Assembly (NCBI GenBank): GCA_951406725.2
Contig: OX597842.1
Coordinates: 20,150,001-20,214,000 of the forward strand
Length of the DNA stretch: 64,000 nt
Reading direction: 5' to 3'
From: Octopus vulgaris
Lineage: Eukaryota
Positions 10,368 to 23,743 of the stretch are shown piece after piece (the first letter of the stretch is position 1; each line of letters opens with the position of its first letter). Below the pieces are notes generated by a model. The model did no database searches. It saw nothing but the letters and a program-made list of their open reading frames with translations, and was not told the origin of the DNA. Both the position numbers and the translations under genes were made by a program.

Positions 10368-10751
10368 ATAATAATGCCGTCTATATAATATAAATAAATA
10401 TATTCAAGTGAAAAAATTTACAGATTTTTTCTCTTATAAGGTTTTTCACGCTAACTACCTGATAATTTCTTATTAAGATTTTATCCTATTTTTTAAATAT
10501 ATATATATATATAGATATGATTTAAAAATAGGATAAAATCTTCATAAGAAATTATCAGGTAGCGTGAAAAACCTTATAAGAGAAAAAATCTGTAAATTTT
10601 TTCCACTTGAATATATTTATTTATATTATATAGAGGGCATTATTACACTTAAATGCCGCATTCGGTACGATACGTTTATTTTGGTAGTTTTGACTTTAAG
10701 AGTCCCTCCTAGCGTGTGGCATTTATGTGTAATAATGCCCTCTATATAATA

Positions 10752-10752
<1 letters not shown>
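10368..10752. repeat. Overlapping palindromes (~130-bp arms around (AT)n; second pair with ~38-bp arms)
   Basis: 10368-10497 pairs with 10519-10646; 10623-10660 pairs with 10714-10752; repeated at ~21555-21950. Confidence 0.8.
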
Positions 10753-10783
<31 letters not shown>

Positions 10784-10984
10784 CCAACAATTGAGGAACG
10801 GCCTCAATAGGCCATTCGACCCATTAGAAAGAGCAGCCAGGACTCCAAGTTGAATTTATTTATAGCCTCTGACTATTTCCTCTTTCTCACTAGACCGCTG
10901 GTGGCAAAATAATTTCTATTGAATTTCTTGCTACCCTAAATTGATTAATTGAATATATATATATATATATATGTATGTATATAC

Positions 10985-11503
10985 CTTCAAGTAGGCGAGC
11001 CACATGCTAGAAATAACAGCCAAATCTCACAAAACTGCGATAACATAATGGACCTACCAACCTCTCTGCAAAGGGGGCCTTTCCTTCGTTTCAACTGGAT
11101 AATTCACTTTGGATATCTTCGTGACCTCCGTGACAAGTGTGCGGGTTCTGTTTTTAAGTATCTACGTGTTGTGGGATATAGATATAAACGAAATTATGCC
11201 AGTAAAAAGCCTTGCATCTTTGACATTCTTACGGCTCGGCATTCAGTGGTTTGTAGTGTTCTTGTACCGAAAGCAAATTCTCAGTTCACGAAGATATCAT
11301 TTGAATTGTCACGAAAAAAAAACCGGTCTTGTGATGGTTTTATTCCATTTAAAACGAAGGAACGCCCTGCAAAAGATATCTTCGGAAAGACCTCGGCTTT
11401 TTGGGTTTTACTTTTAGTGGTGGGAAGGGCAGAAGTCTAAGAAATTGAAGTATTTTTTGTGAGATTTGGCTGCCATTTCTAGCATGTGGATAGCCTCCAT
11501 GAA
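10985..11503. mobile_element. MITE-like element with ~50-bp imperfect TIRs
   Basis: CTTCAAGTAGGCGAGCCACATGCTAGAAATAACAGCCAAATCTCACAAAA and its complement at 11454-11503; present in every B unit. Confidence 0.55.
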
Positions 11504-12828
11504 GATACATACACACATATGGTACTAGTCGTGACTAATCGATCCTACAACGACTAGCAAGGTAAATAAAACACAAAGGATAGACTAGTCATGAGTAGCT
11601 AGTGCGGATGCGCGACTACGCGCACAGGGACCACTGTTCTCAAGTAGTACCCACACATATATATATATATACTCTTTTACTTGTTTCAGTCATCTGACTG
11701 CGGCCATGCTGGAGCCCTGGGACCATCAGCGCGCAATTCGGCGTAACTTCGGTATAGGTACCGGATACATTTCAAGAAAGTGTTTTTTTTTTTAATATAT
11801 ATATATAGGGGGTTAGGGGTGGGAGAAAAGGGCTTCTGTTATCTTCAGAAATGTAAAGAAAGCCAACCCCGGGACTTATTCTATCGGTCTCTTTTTGCCG
11901 AACCGCTAAGTTACGGGGACATAAACACACCAGCATCGGTTGTCAAGCAATGCTAGGGGGACAAACACAGACACACACGCATATATATATATACATACGA
12001 CGGGCTTCTTTCAGTTTCCGTCTACCAAATCCACTCACAAGGCTTTGGTCAGTCCGAGGGTATAGTAGAAGACACTTGCCCAAGGTGCCACGCAGTGGAA
12101 CCATGTGGTTGGGAAACAAGCTACTTACCACACAGCCACTCCTGCGGCTATATATATATCTTCGAAAAACTGAAATGTTACAAACCAATCTGTTTTCTCT
12201 TTCTACTTATTTCAGTCATTTGACTGCGGCCATGCTGGAGCACCGCCTTTAGTCGAGCAACTCGACCCCGGGACTTATTCTTTGTAAGCCCAGTACTTAT
12301 TCTATCGGTCTCTCTTTTGCCGAACCGCTAAGTGACGGGGACGTAAACACACCAGCATCGGTTGTCAAGCAATGCTAGGGGGACAAACACACACACACAC
12401 TTATATATATATATACATATATACGACAGGCTTCTTTCAGTTTCCGTCTACCAAATCCACTCACAAGGCATTGGTCGGCCCGGGGCTATAGCAGAAGACA
12501 CTTGCCCAAGATGCCACGCAGTGGGACTGAACCCGGAACCATGTGGTTAGCAAGCTACTTACCACACAGCCACTCCTGCGCCTATAAATCTGTTTCAGAA
12601 TCGCTAACTTATTTCTCTACGTATTTCGAAAAAAACCCCAAAAAAACTCCGGGACGGGTTAACTTTGAAAACGCAATTTTTTTTAAATTCCTTTCGAAAT
12701 GGGACCCTCCATAACCAAAACGTGCGATTCCGTAAAAAAAAAAACCCCACTTATTTTACCGGAAAAATCGGATTCTACGAATTTCCGAAAGCCCCCACCC
12801 TACCCCAGGGACCGTCAGCGCGCAGTTT

Positions 12829-12976
12829 GGCGTAACTTCGGTATAGGTACCGGATACACTATATATTTTTCTAAATATATATAGGGCGTTAGGGGTGTTA
12901 GAAAAGGGCTTGTTATCTTCAGAAATGTAAAGAAAGCCAACTCCGGCACTTATGGTACCTATACCGAAGGATCGCC
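12829..12976. mobile_element. Merlin-like MITE with 8-bp TSD
   Basis: TIR GGCG..CTTCGGTATAGGTACC / GGTACCTATACCGAAG..CGCC; TSD CGCAGTTT at 12821-12828 and 12977-12984. Confidence 0.75.
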
Positions 12977-13975
12977 CGCAGTTTTCCTCATATTCCTATT
13001 CCACACTTGCTAACACCCGCTAGGCTGGTTTATATTTTCTTGTTCCTCGTTGAAGGTCTTTTTATTGACCCGCAAATGCATCTTAACCAATCCATATTAA
13101 TCTTACGATAGAAAAGTTACTCTCAGAAAATGAACAAACAGAAGCGATTAGCATCTCAACGATCGAAAGAGAATAGTCAGGATTTACAGAAAAAAATAAA
13201 TTCGTTTGCGCAATCTCTCTCTATATAAAGCTGAAGTTGTCTGTGTGTGACTGGTTTGGTAGCCTTCAACTAATATTATCTCCTCCGAGACCCTGCGGCG
13301 CAAGTTGACCTAAATTGAGAGTATGATAGAAGAAGGCTTGCTCTTCCTTCCGTAGAAGAAAAAATTCAAATCGGACCATGTTAACACCAAAAATTATTTA
13401 CATCAAAAAGGTGCTTTTTTCGGTAAAATGACAGATTAACACCCGCACGATTTTCACTAAGGAAAAAAAAAAACTCGGCTTTTTTGCGTGGAATCAAGTA
13501 CCCTGACCTCCTAATATGCTGCAAATCCCATATTTTGGTCCGGAAAGGGGGGGGGTACACCCCCCTGGAATTTTCACATGGAAAAAAAAAAATTAGATTT
13601 TTTGCGTGGAATCAAGTAACCTGACCTCAAAAACAAAAAAAAAACCGAATTTTTTAGATACCTTTCTGCTTTTTAAGACAAAGTGTTATTGGTGGGAAAT
13701 CTGGCTGCTATTTCTAGCTGCCTGAATGACAACATAGCGATTTACAGATAAATGAATTAATTACTATTTTACAGAATAAAAGTAATGAATTAATTATATA
13801 AATTAAATAATTCTTGAAAATTAATTAATATTAATAATATTTTTTGAACAAAGTAAATAATTTATAAAACTTGGTTAATAATTTTTTTTTACACAAACGC
13901 GAACGTATATAATTTGTGAAACTTTTTTTTTACAGACGTATATAATTTGGTAAACTTAATGAATTAATTTCTTCT

Positions 13976-14350
13976 CATCATCATCGTTTAACGTCCGTTC
14001 TCCATGCCAGCATGGGCTGGACGGTTCGACCGGGGATCTGGGAAGCCAGAAGGCTGCACCAGACTCCAGTCTTATCTGGCAATGTTTCTACAGCTGGATG
14101 CCCTTCCTAATGCCAACCACTCCGAGAGTGTAGTGGGTGCTTTTTACATGCCACCCGCACAGGTGCCAGTCGAGGCGGCTCTGGCATCGGCCACGATTCG
14201 GATAGTGCTTTTTACGTACCACCAGTCCAGGGGTCCTGGCATCTGCCGGGTGCCACACTTGCCCCAACAGGTCTTCGCAAGCAAAGGGGGTTGGCATGGG
14301 TGCCTGTCGTGGGATGAGGTTCGATATCAACTTCGCTTGCCACAACAGGT
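13976..14350 (-). mobile_element. SINE/LINE-tail element with RTE-type (GAT)n end
   Basis: Minus strand ends GGACGTTAAACGATGATGATG and contains GGTTGGCATTAGGAAGGGCATCC; copies at 17788, 19666 (partial) and 25135. Confidence 0.55.
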
Positions 14351-14540
14351 CTTTGTGTATAAATGTATAAATTTTTCGCACTAAATTCTTTCCGTAGAAT
14401 TTATCAAAAAACGCGCAAAATTATTCCGTAGAATTTATCAAATTAAAAAACGCAAAATTAATATATTTTTTGAAATTGCAAATTATTTAGAATATAAAAC
14501 AAATGAAGTTAAATTTTAAAAAACATTTTATCCTATTTTT

Positions 14541-14576
<36 letters not shown>

Positions 14577-15579
14577 TATGATTTAAAAATAGGATAAAAT
14601 CTTCATAAGAAATTATCAGGTAGCGTGAAAAACCTTATAAGAGAAAAAATCTGTAAATTTTTCCACTTGAATATATTTATTTATATTATATAGACGGCAT
14701 TATTACACATAAATGCCGCATTCGGTACGATACGTTTATTTTGGTAGTTTTGACTTTAAGAGTCCCTCCTAGCGTGTGGCATTTATGTGTAATAATGCCC
14801 TCTATATAATGTAATTATATATATATACCAACAATTGAGGAACGGCCTCAATAGGCCATTCATCCCATTAGAAAGAGCAGCCAGGACTCCAAGTTGAATT
14901 TATTTATAGCCTCTGACTATTTCCTCTTTCTCACTAGACCGCTGGTGGCAAAATAATTTCTATTGAATTTCTTGCTACCCTGAATTGATTAATTGAATAT
15001 ATATATATATATATATGTATGTATATACCTTCAAGCAGGCGAGCCACATGCTAGAAATAACGGCCAAATCTCACAAAACTGCGATAACATAATGGACCTA
15101 CTAACCTCTCTGCAAAGGGGGCCTTTCCTTCGTTTCAACTGGACAATTCACTTTGGATATCTTCGTGACCTCCGTGACAAGTGTGCGGGTTCTGTTTTTA
15201 AGTATCTACGTGTTGTGGGATATAGATATAAACGAAATTATGCCAGTAAAAAGCCTTGCATCTTAGACATTCTTACGGCTCGGCATTCAGTGGTTTGTAG
15301 TGTTCTTGTGCCGAAAGCAAATTCTCAGTTCACGAAGATATCACGTGAATTGTCAAGAAAAAAAAACCAACGTGTCTTGTGATGGTTTTATTCCATTTAA
15401 AACGAAGGAACGCCCTGCAAAAGATATCTTCGGAAAGACCTCGGCTTTTTGGGTTTTATTTTTAGTGGTGGGATGGGCGGAAGTCTAAGAAATTCGTGTG
15501 AAATTGAAGTATTTTTTGTGAGATTTGGCTGCCATTTCTAGCATGTGGATAGCCTCCATGAAGATACATACACACATAT

Positions 15580-15743
15580 GGTACTACTTGAGAATAGTGG
15601 TCCCGGTGCGCGCTACCTAGTCGTGACTAATCGATCCTACAACGACTAGCAAGGTAAATAAAACACAAAGGATAGACTAGTCATGAGTAGCTAGTGCGGA
15701 TGCGCGACTACGCGCACAGGGACCACTGTTCTCAAGTAGTACC
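15580..15743. mobile_element. GGTAC-terminal Merlin-like MITE
   Basis: TIR GGTACTACTTGAGAA.AGTGGTCCC.GTGCGCG; the copy at 11521-11651 is flanked by the 9-bp repeat CACACATAT; related copy at 46974-47193. Confidence 0.7.
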
Positions 15744-18351
15744 CACACACACACACATATATATATATATACTCTTTTACTTGTTTCAGTCATCTGACTG
15801 CGGCCATGCTGGAGCCCTGGGACCATCAGCGCGCAATTCGGCGTAACTTCGGTATAGGTACCGGATACATTTCAAGAAAGTGTTTTTTTTTAATATATAT
15901 ATATAGGGGGTTAGGGATGGGAGAAAAGGGCTTCTGTTATCTTCAGAAATGTAAAGAAAGCCAACCCCGGGACTTATTCTATCGGTCTCTTTTTGCCGAA
16001 CCGCTAAGTTACGGGGACATAAACACACCAGCATCGGTTGTCAAGCAATGCTAGGGGGACAAACACAGACACACACGCATATATATATATACATACGACG
16101 GGCTTCTTTCAGTTTCCGTCTACCAAATCCACTCACAAGGCTTTGGTCAGTCCGAGGGTATAGTAGAAGACACTTGCCCAAGGTGCCAATCATGTGGTTG
16201 GTTAGCAAGCTACTTACCAAACAGCCACTCCTACGCCTATATATATATATATATATACATATATACGACAGGCTTCTTTCAGTTTCCGTCTACCAAATCC
16301 ACTCACAAGGCATTGGTCGGCCCGGGGCTATAGCAGAAGACACTTGCCCAAAATGCCACGCAGTGGGACTGAACCCGGAACCATGTGGTTAGCAAGCTAC
16401 TTACCACACAGCTACTCCTGCGCCTATAAATCTGTTTCAGAATCGCTAACTTATTTCTCTACGTATTTCGAAAAAAACCCCCAAAAAAACTCCGGGACGG
16501 GTTAACTTTGAAAACGTAATTTTTTTTTAAATTCCTTTCGAAATGGGACCCTCCATAACCAAAACGTGCGATTCCGTAAAAAAAAAAAACCCCACTTATT
16601 TTACCGGAAAAATCGGATTCTACGAATTTTCCGAAAGCCCCCACCCTACCCCAGGGACCGTCAGCGCGCAGTTTGGCGTAACTTCGGTATAGGTACCGGA
16701 TACACTATATATTTTTCTAAATATATATAGGGCGTTAGGGGTGTTAGAAAAGGGCTTCTGTTATCTTCAGAAATGTAAAGAAAGCCAACTCCGGCACTTA
16801 TGGTACCTATACCGAAGGATCGCCCGCTAGGCTGGTTTATATTTTCTAGTTCCTCGTTGAAAGTCCTTTTATTGACCCGCAAATGCATCTTAACCAATCC
16901 ATATTAATCTTACGATAGAAAAGTTACTCTCAGAAAATGAACAAACAGAAGCGATTAGCATCTCAACGATCGAAAGAGAATAGTCAGGATTTACAGAAAA
17001 AAATAAATTCGTTTGCGCAATCTCTCTCTATATAAAGCTGAAGTTGTCTGTGTGTGACTGGTTTGGTAGCCTTCAACTAATATTATCTCCTCCGAGACCC
17101 TGCGGCGCAAGTTGACCTAAATTGAGAGTATGATAGAAGAAGGCTTGCTCTTCCTTCCGTAGAAGAAAAAATTCAAATCGGACCATGTTAACACCAAAAA
17201 TTATTTACATCAAAAAGGTGCTTTTTTCGGTAAAATTACAGATTAACACCCGCACGATTTTCACTAAGGAAAAAAAAAAAAAAAATTCGGCTTTTTTGCG
17301 TGGAATCAAGTACCCTGACCTCCTAATATGCTGCAAATCCCATATTTTGGTCCGGAAAGGGGGGGGGGTACACCCCCCCCGGAATTTTCACATGGAAAAA
17401 AAAATCAGATTTTTTGCGTGGAATCAAGTAACCTGACCTCAAAAACAAAAAAAAAAACCGAATTTTTTAGATACCTTTCTGCTTTTTAAGACAAAGTGTT
17501 ATTGGTGGGAAATCTGGCTGCTATTTCTAGCTGCCTGAATGACAACATAGCGATTTACAGATAAATGAATTAATTACTATTTTACAGAATAAAAGTAATG
17601 AATTAATTATATAAATTAAATAATTCTTGAAAATTAATTAATATTAATAATATTTTTTGAACAAAGTAAATAATTTATAAAACTTGGTTAATAATTTTTT
17701 TTACACAAACGCGAACGTATATAATTTGTGAAACTTTTTTTTTACAGACGTATATAATTTGGTAAACTTAATGAATTAATTTCTTCTCATCATCATCGTT
17801 TAACGTCCGTTCTCCATGCCAGCATGGGCTGGACGGTTCGACCGGGGATCTGGGAAGCCAGAAGGCTGCACCAGACTCCAGTCTTATCTGGCAATGTTTC
17901 TACAGCTGGATGCCCTTCCTAATGCCAACCACTCCGAGAGTGTAGTGGGTGCTTTTTACATGCCACCCGCACAGGTGCCAGTCGAGGCGGCTCTGGCATC
18001 GGCCACGATTCGGATAGTGCTTTTTACGTACCACCAGTCCAGGGGTCCTGGCATCTGCCGGGTGCCACACTTGCCCCAACAGGTCTTCGCAAGCAAAGGG
18101 GTTGGCATGGGTGCCTGTCGTGGGATGAGGTTCGATATCAACTTCGCTTGCCACAACAGGTCTTTGTGTATAAATGTATAAATTTTTCGCACTAAATTCT
18201 TTCCGTAGAATTTATCAAAAAACGCGCAAAATTATTCCGTAGAATTTATCAAATTAAAAAACGCAAAATTAATATATTTTTTGAAATTGCAAATTATTTA
18301 GAATATAAAACAAATGAAGTTAAATTTTAAAAAACATTTTATCCTATTTTT

Positions 18352-18387
<36 letters not shown>

Positions 18388-20902
18388 TATGATTTAAAAA
18401 TAGGATAAAATCTTCATAAGAAATTATCAGGTAGCGTGAAAAACCTTATAAGAGAAAAAATCTGTAAATTTTTTCCACTTGAATATATTTATTTATATTA
18501 TATAGACGGCATTATTACACATAAATGCCGCATTCGGTACGATACGTTTATTTTGGTAGTTTTGACTTTAAGAGTCCCTCCTAGCGTGTGGCATTTATGT
18601 GTAATAATGCCCTCTATATAATGTAATTATATATATATACCAACAATTGAGGAACGGCCTCAATAGGCCATTCATCCCATTAGAAAGAGCAGCCAGGACT
18701 CCAAGTTGAATTTATTTATAGCCTCTGACTATTTCCTCTTTCTCACTAGACCGCTGGTGGCAAAATAATTTCTATTGAATTTCTTGCTACCCTGAATTGA
18801 TTAATTGAATATATATATATATATATATGTATGTATATACCTTCAAGCAGGCGAGCCACATGCTAGAAATAACGGCCAAATCTCACAAAACTGCGATAAC
18901 ATAATGGACCTACTAACCTCTCTGCAAAGGGGCCTTTCCTTCGTTTCAACTGGACAATTCACTTTGGATATCTTCGTGACCTCCGTGGCAAGGGTGCGGG
19001 TTCTGTTTTTAAGTATCTACGTGTTGTGGGATATAGATATAAACGAAATTATGCCAGTAAAAAGCCTTGCATCTTAGACATTCTTACGGCTCGGCATTCA
19101 GTGGTTTGTAGTGTTCTTGTGCCGAAAGCAAATTCTCAGTTCACGAAGATATCACGTGAATTGTCAAGAAAAAACCAACGTGTCTTGTGATGGTTTTATT
19201 CCATTTAAAACGAAGGAACGCCCTGCAAAAGATATCTTCGGAAAGACCTCGGCTTTTTGGGTTTTATTTTTAGTGGTGGGATGGGCGGAAGTCTAAGAAA
19301 TTCGTGTGAAATTGAAGTATTTTTTGTGAGATTTGGCTGCCATTTCTAGCATGTGGATAGCCTCCATGAAGATACATACACACATATGGTACTACTTGAG
19401 AATAGTGGTCCCGGTGCGCGCTACCTAGTCGTGACTAATCGATCCTACAACGACTAGCAAGGTAAATAAAACACAAAGGATAGACTAGTCATGAGTAGCT
19501 AGTGCGGATGCGCGACTACGCGCACAGGGACCACTGTTCTCAAGTAGTACCCACACACACACACATATATATATATATACTCTTTTACTTGTTTCAGACA
19601 TCTGACTGCGGCCATGCTGGAGCCCTGGGACCATCAGCGCGCAATTCGGCGTAACTTCGGTATAGGCCAGAAGGCTGCACCAGACTCCAGTCTTATCTGG
19701 CAATGTTTCTACAGCTGGATGCCCTTCCTAATGCCAACCACTCCGAGAGTGTAGTGGGTGCTTTTTACATGCCACCCGCACAGGTGCCAGTCGAGGCGGC
19801 TCTGGCATCGGCCACGATTCGGATAGTGCTTTTTACGTACCACCAGTCCAGGGGTCCTGGCATCTGCCGGGTGCCACACTTGCCCCAACAGGTCTTCGCA
19901 AGCAAAGCGGGTTGGCATGGGTGCCTGTCGTGGGATGAGGTTCGATATCAACTTCGCTTGCCACAACAGGTCTTTGTGTATAAATGTATAAATTTTTCGC
20001 ACTAAATTCTTTCCGTAGAATTTATCAAAAAACGCGCAAAATTATTCCGTAGAATTTATCAAATTAAAAAACGCAAAATTAATATATTTTTTGAAATTGC
20101 GAATTATTTAGAATATAAAACAAATGAAGTTAAATTTTAAAAATAAATGTCATCAATATATGCGTGGTGCCTAGGACTCCAAATTTGCCATCAAGATGTA
20201 GGACAAGATACTGTGATAGCCTGGGCTTCCGAGGCCCACAGCTCTTCAATATCCTCCCGAAGAACCTGAGAGACCTGCATGGGGTGGATGCAGATGTCTT
20301 TAAAATGAAACTGGATCTCTTCCTGTCAGGTGTCCCAGATGAACCAACTTCACGGCAGGAGGTGCAGATGAGGACAGCTGCATCGAACTCTCTCATGCAC
20401 CAAATGGCAGTTGCTAAAAAGCTTTCGTGAAGTAAAACCAAGTAGCAACACCAAATGGCGGTGCCCCAGCATGGCCACAGCTCATGAGCTGAAACTAGAA
20501 TCAATCAATCATATATATATATATATATGTAGCTTGCTTGCCAACCACATGGTTCCGGGTTCAGTCCCGCTGCGTGGCACCTTCGGCAAGTGTCTTCTAC
20601 AATAGCCTCGGGCCGACCAAAGCCTTGTGGGTGGATTTGGTAGACGGAAACATGAAAGAAGCCCCTCGAATATATACATATATGTATGTGTGTGTGTGTG
20701 TGTGTGTGTGCGTGTTTGTCCCCCTAGCATTGCTTGACAACCGATGCTGGTGTGTTTATGTCCCCGTCACTTATCGGTTCGGCAAAAGAGACCGATAGAA
20801 TAAGTACTGGGCTTACAAAGAATAAGTCCCGGGGTCGAGTTGCTCGACTAAAGGTGGTGCTCCAGCATGGCCGCAGTCAAATGACTGAAACAAGTAAAAG
20901 AG

Positions 20903-20969
<67 letters not shown>

Positions 20970-20979
20970 GTATATATGT

Positions 20980-21037
<58 letters not shown>

Positions 21038-21355
21038 ATGCAATACAAAGTATTGCCTTCCAGTAAAAAGTAGCCCGTGAGAGAAAAATACACAAATTAG
21101 TAAATAAAACCAAAATATGGGTGAGAGACATATCTTGCAAAACCTGAAACCTGCAGGTACCACATTATCCATTTTCCGGGTGTTTCATCTTTCAGATGTT
21201 CTCCCTGGAGGTAAGACGGTTTTTTTTCCCTATTTTGTTGCACACACGCATTTTTGCTAATACATACGCGGTGAAGCTACACATTAGCGTCGTAATTTTG
21301 CGTTCGCTATTTCCAGTAAATATCGGTACTTAGTTGTGCCATTTATTTACTAATT

Positions 21356-21422
<67 letters not shown>

Positions 21423-23705
21423 TTATATATATATATATATATATGTGTGTTATATATATATATATATATATGTGTTTATATATATATATATATATATGTT
21501 TATATATATATATATATATATGTGTGTTTATATATATATATATATATATATATTTAATAATAATGCCGTCTATATAATATAAATAAATATATTCAAGTGA
21601 AAAAATTTACAGATTTTTTTCTCTTATAAGGTTTTTCACGCTAACTACCTGATAATTTCTTATTAACATTTTATCCTATTTTTTAAATATATATATATAT
21701 ATATAGATATGATTTAAAAATAGGATAAAATCTTCATAAGAAATTATCAGGTAGCGTGAAAAACCTTATAAGAGAAAAAATCTGTAAATTTTTTCCACTT
21801 GAATATATTTATTTATATTATATAGACGGCATTATTACACATAAATGCCGCATTCGGTACGATACGTTTATTTTGGTAGTTTTGACTTTAAGAGTCCCTC
21901 CTAGCGTGTGGCATTTATGTGTAATAATGCCCTCTATATAATATAATATATATATATATATATACCAACAATTGAGGAACGGCCTCAATAGGCCATTCAT
22001 CCCATTAGAAAGAGCAGCCAGGACTCCAAGTTGAATTTATTTATAGCCTCTGACTATTTCCTCTTTCTCACTAGACCGCTGGTGGCAAAATAATTTCTAT
22101 TGAATTTCTTGCTACCCTGAATTGATTAATTGAATATATATATATATATATGTATGTATATACCTTCAAGCAGGCGAGCCACATGCTAGAAATAACGGCC
22201 AAATCTCACAAAACTGCGATAACATAATGGACCTACTAACCTCTCTGCAAAGGGGGCCTTTCCTTCGTTTCAACTGGACAATTCACTTTGGATATCTTCG
22301 TGACCTCCGTGACAAGTGTGCGGGTTCTGTTTTTAAGTATCTACGTGTTGTGGGATATAGATATAAACGAAATTATGCCAGTAAAAAGCCTTGCATCTTA
22401 GACATTCTTACGGCTCGGCATTCAGTGGTTTGTAGTGTTCTTGTGCCGAAAGCAAATTCTCAGTTCACGAAGATATCATGTGAATTGTCACGAAAACAAA
22501 ACCGGTCTTGTGATGGTTTTATTCCATTTAAAACGAAGGAACGCCCTGCAAAAGATATCTTCGGAAAGACCTCGGCTTTTTGGGTTTTATTTTTAGTGGT
22601 GGGAAGGGCAGAAGTCTAAGAAATTCAAGTGAAATTGAAGTATTTTTTGTGAGATTTGGCTGCCATTTCTAGCATGTGGATAGCCTCCATGAAGATACAT
22701 ACACACATATGGTACTAGTCGTGACTAATCGATCCTACAACGACTAGCAAAGTAAATAAAACACAAAGGATCGATTAGTCATGAGTAGCTAGTGCGGATG
22801 CGCGACTACGCGCACAGGGACCACTGTTCTCAAGTAGTACCCACACACACACACATATATATACTCTTTTACTTGTTTCAGTCATCTGACTGCGGCCATG
22901 CTGGAGCCCTGGGACCATCAACGCGCAATTCGGCGTAACTTCGGTATAGGTACCGGATACATTTCAAGAAAGTGTTTTTTTTTAATATATATATATAGGG
23001 GGTTAGGGGTGGGAGAAAAGGGCTTCTGTTATCTTCAGAAATGTAAAGAAAGCCAACCCCGGGACTTATTCTATCGGTCTCTTTTTGCCGAACCGCTAAG
23101 TTACGGGGACATAAACACACCAGCATCGGTTGTCAAGCAATGCTAGGGGGACAAACACAGACACACACGCATATATATATACATACGACGGGCTTCTTTC
23201 AGTTTCCGTCTACCAAATCCACTCACAAGGCTTTGGTCAGTCCGAGGGTATAGTAGAAGACACTTGCCCAAGGTGCCAATCATGTGGTTGGTTAGCAAGC
23301 TACTTACCAAACAGCCACTCCTACGCCTATATATATATATATACATGTATACGACAGGCTTCTTTCAGTTTCTGTCTACCAAATCCACTCACAAGGCATT
23401 GGTCGGCCCGGGGCTATAGCAGAAGACACTTGCCCAAAATGCCACGCAGTGGGACTGAACCCGGAACCATGTGGTTGGTTAGCAAGCTACTTACCAAACA
23501 GCCACTCCTACGCCTATATATATATATATATATATACATATATACGACAGGCTTCTTTCAGTTTCTGTCTACCAAATCCACTCACAAGGCATTGGTCGGC
23601 CCGGGGCTATAGCAGAAGACACTTGCCCAAAATGCCACGCAGTGGGACTGAACCCGGAACCATGTGGTTGGTTAGCAAGCTACTTACCAAACAGCCACTC
23701 CTACG

Positions 23706-23743
<38 letters not shown>

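Noticed and set aside
10949-11440. 163-aa ORF repeated in the tandem array
   Set aside because: It starts in (TA)n, lies inside a TIR element and is frameshifted differently in the other copies.
14004-14384. 126-aa ORF repeated four times
   Set aside because: It lies within a SINE-like repeat, with frameshifts between copies.
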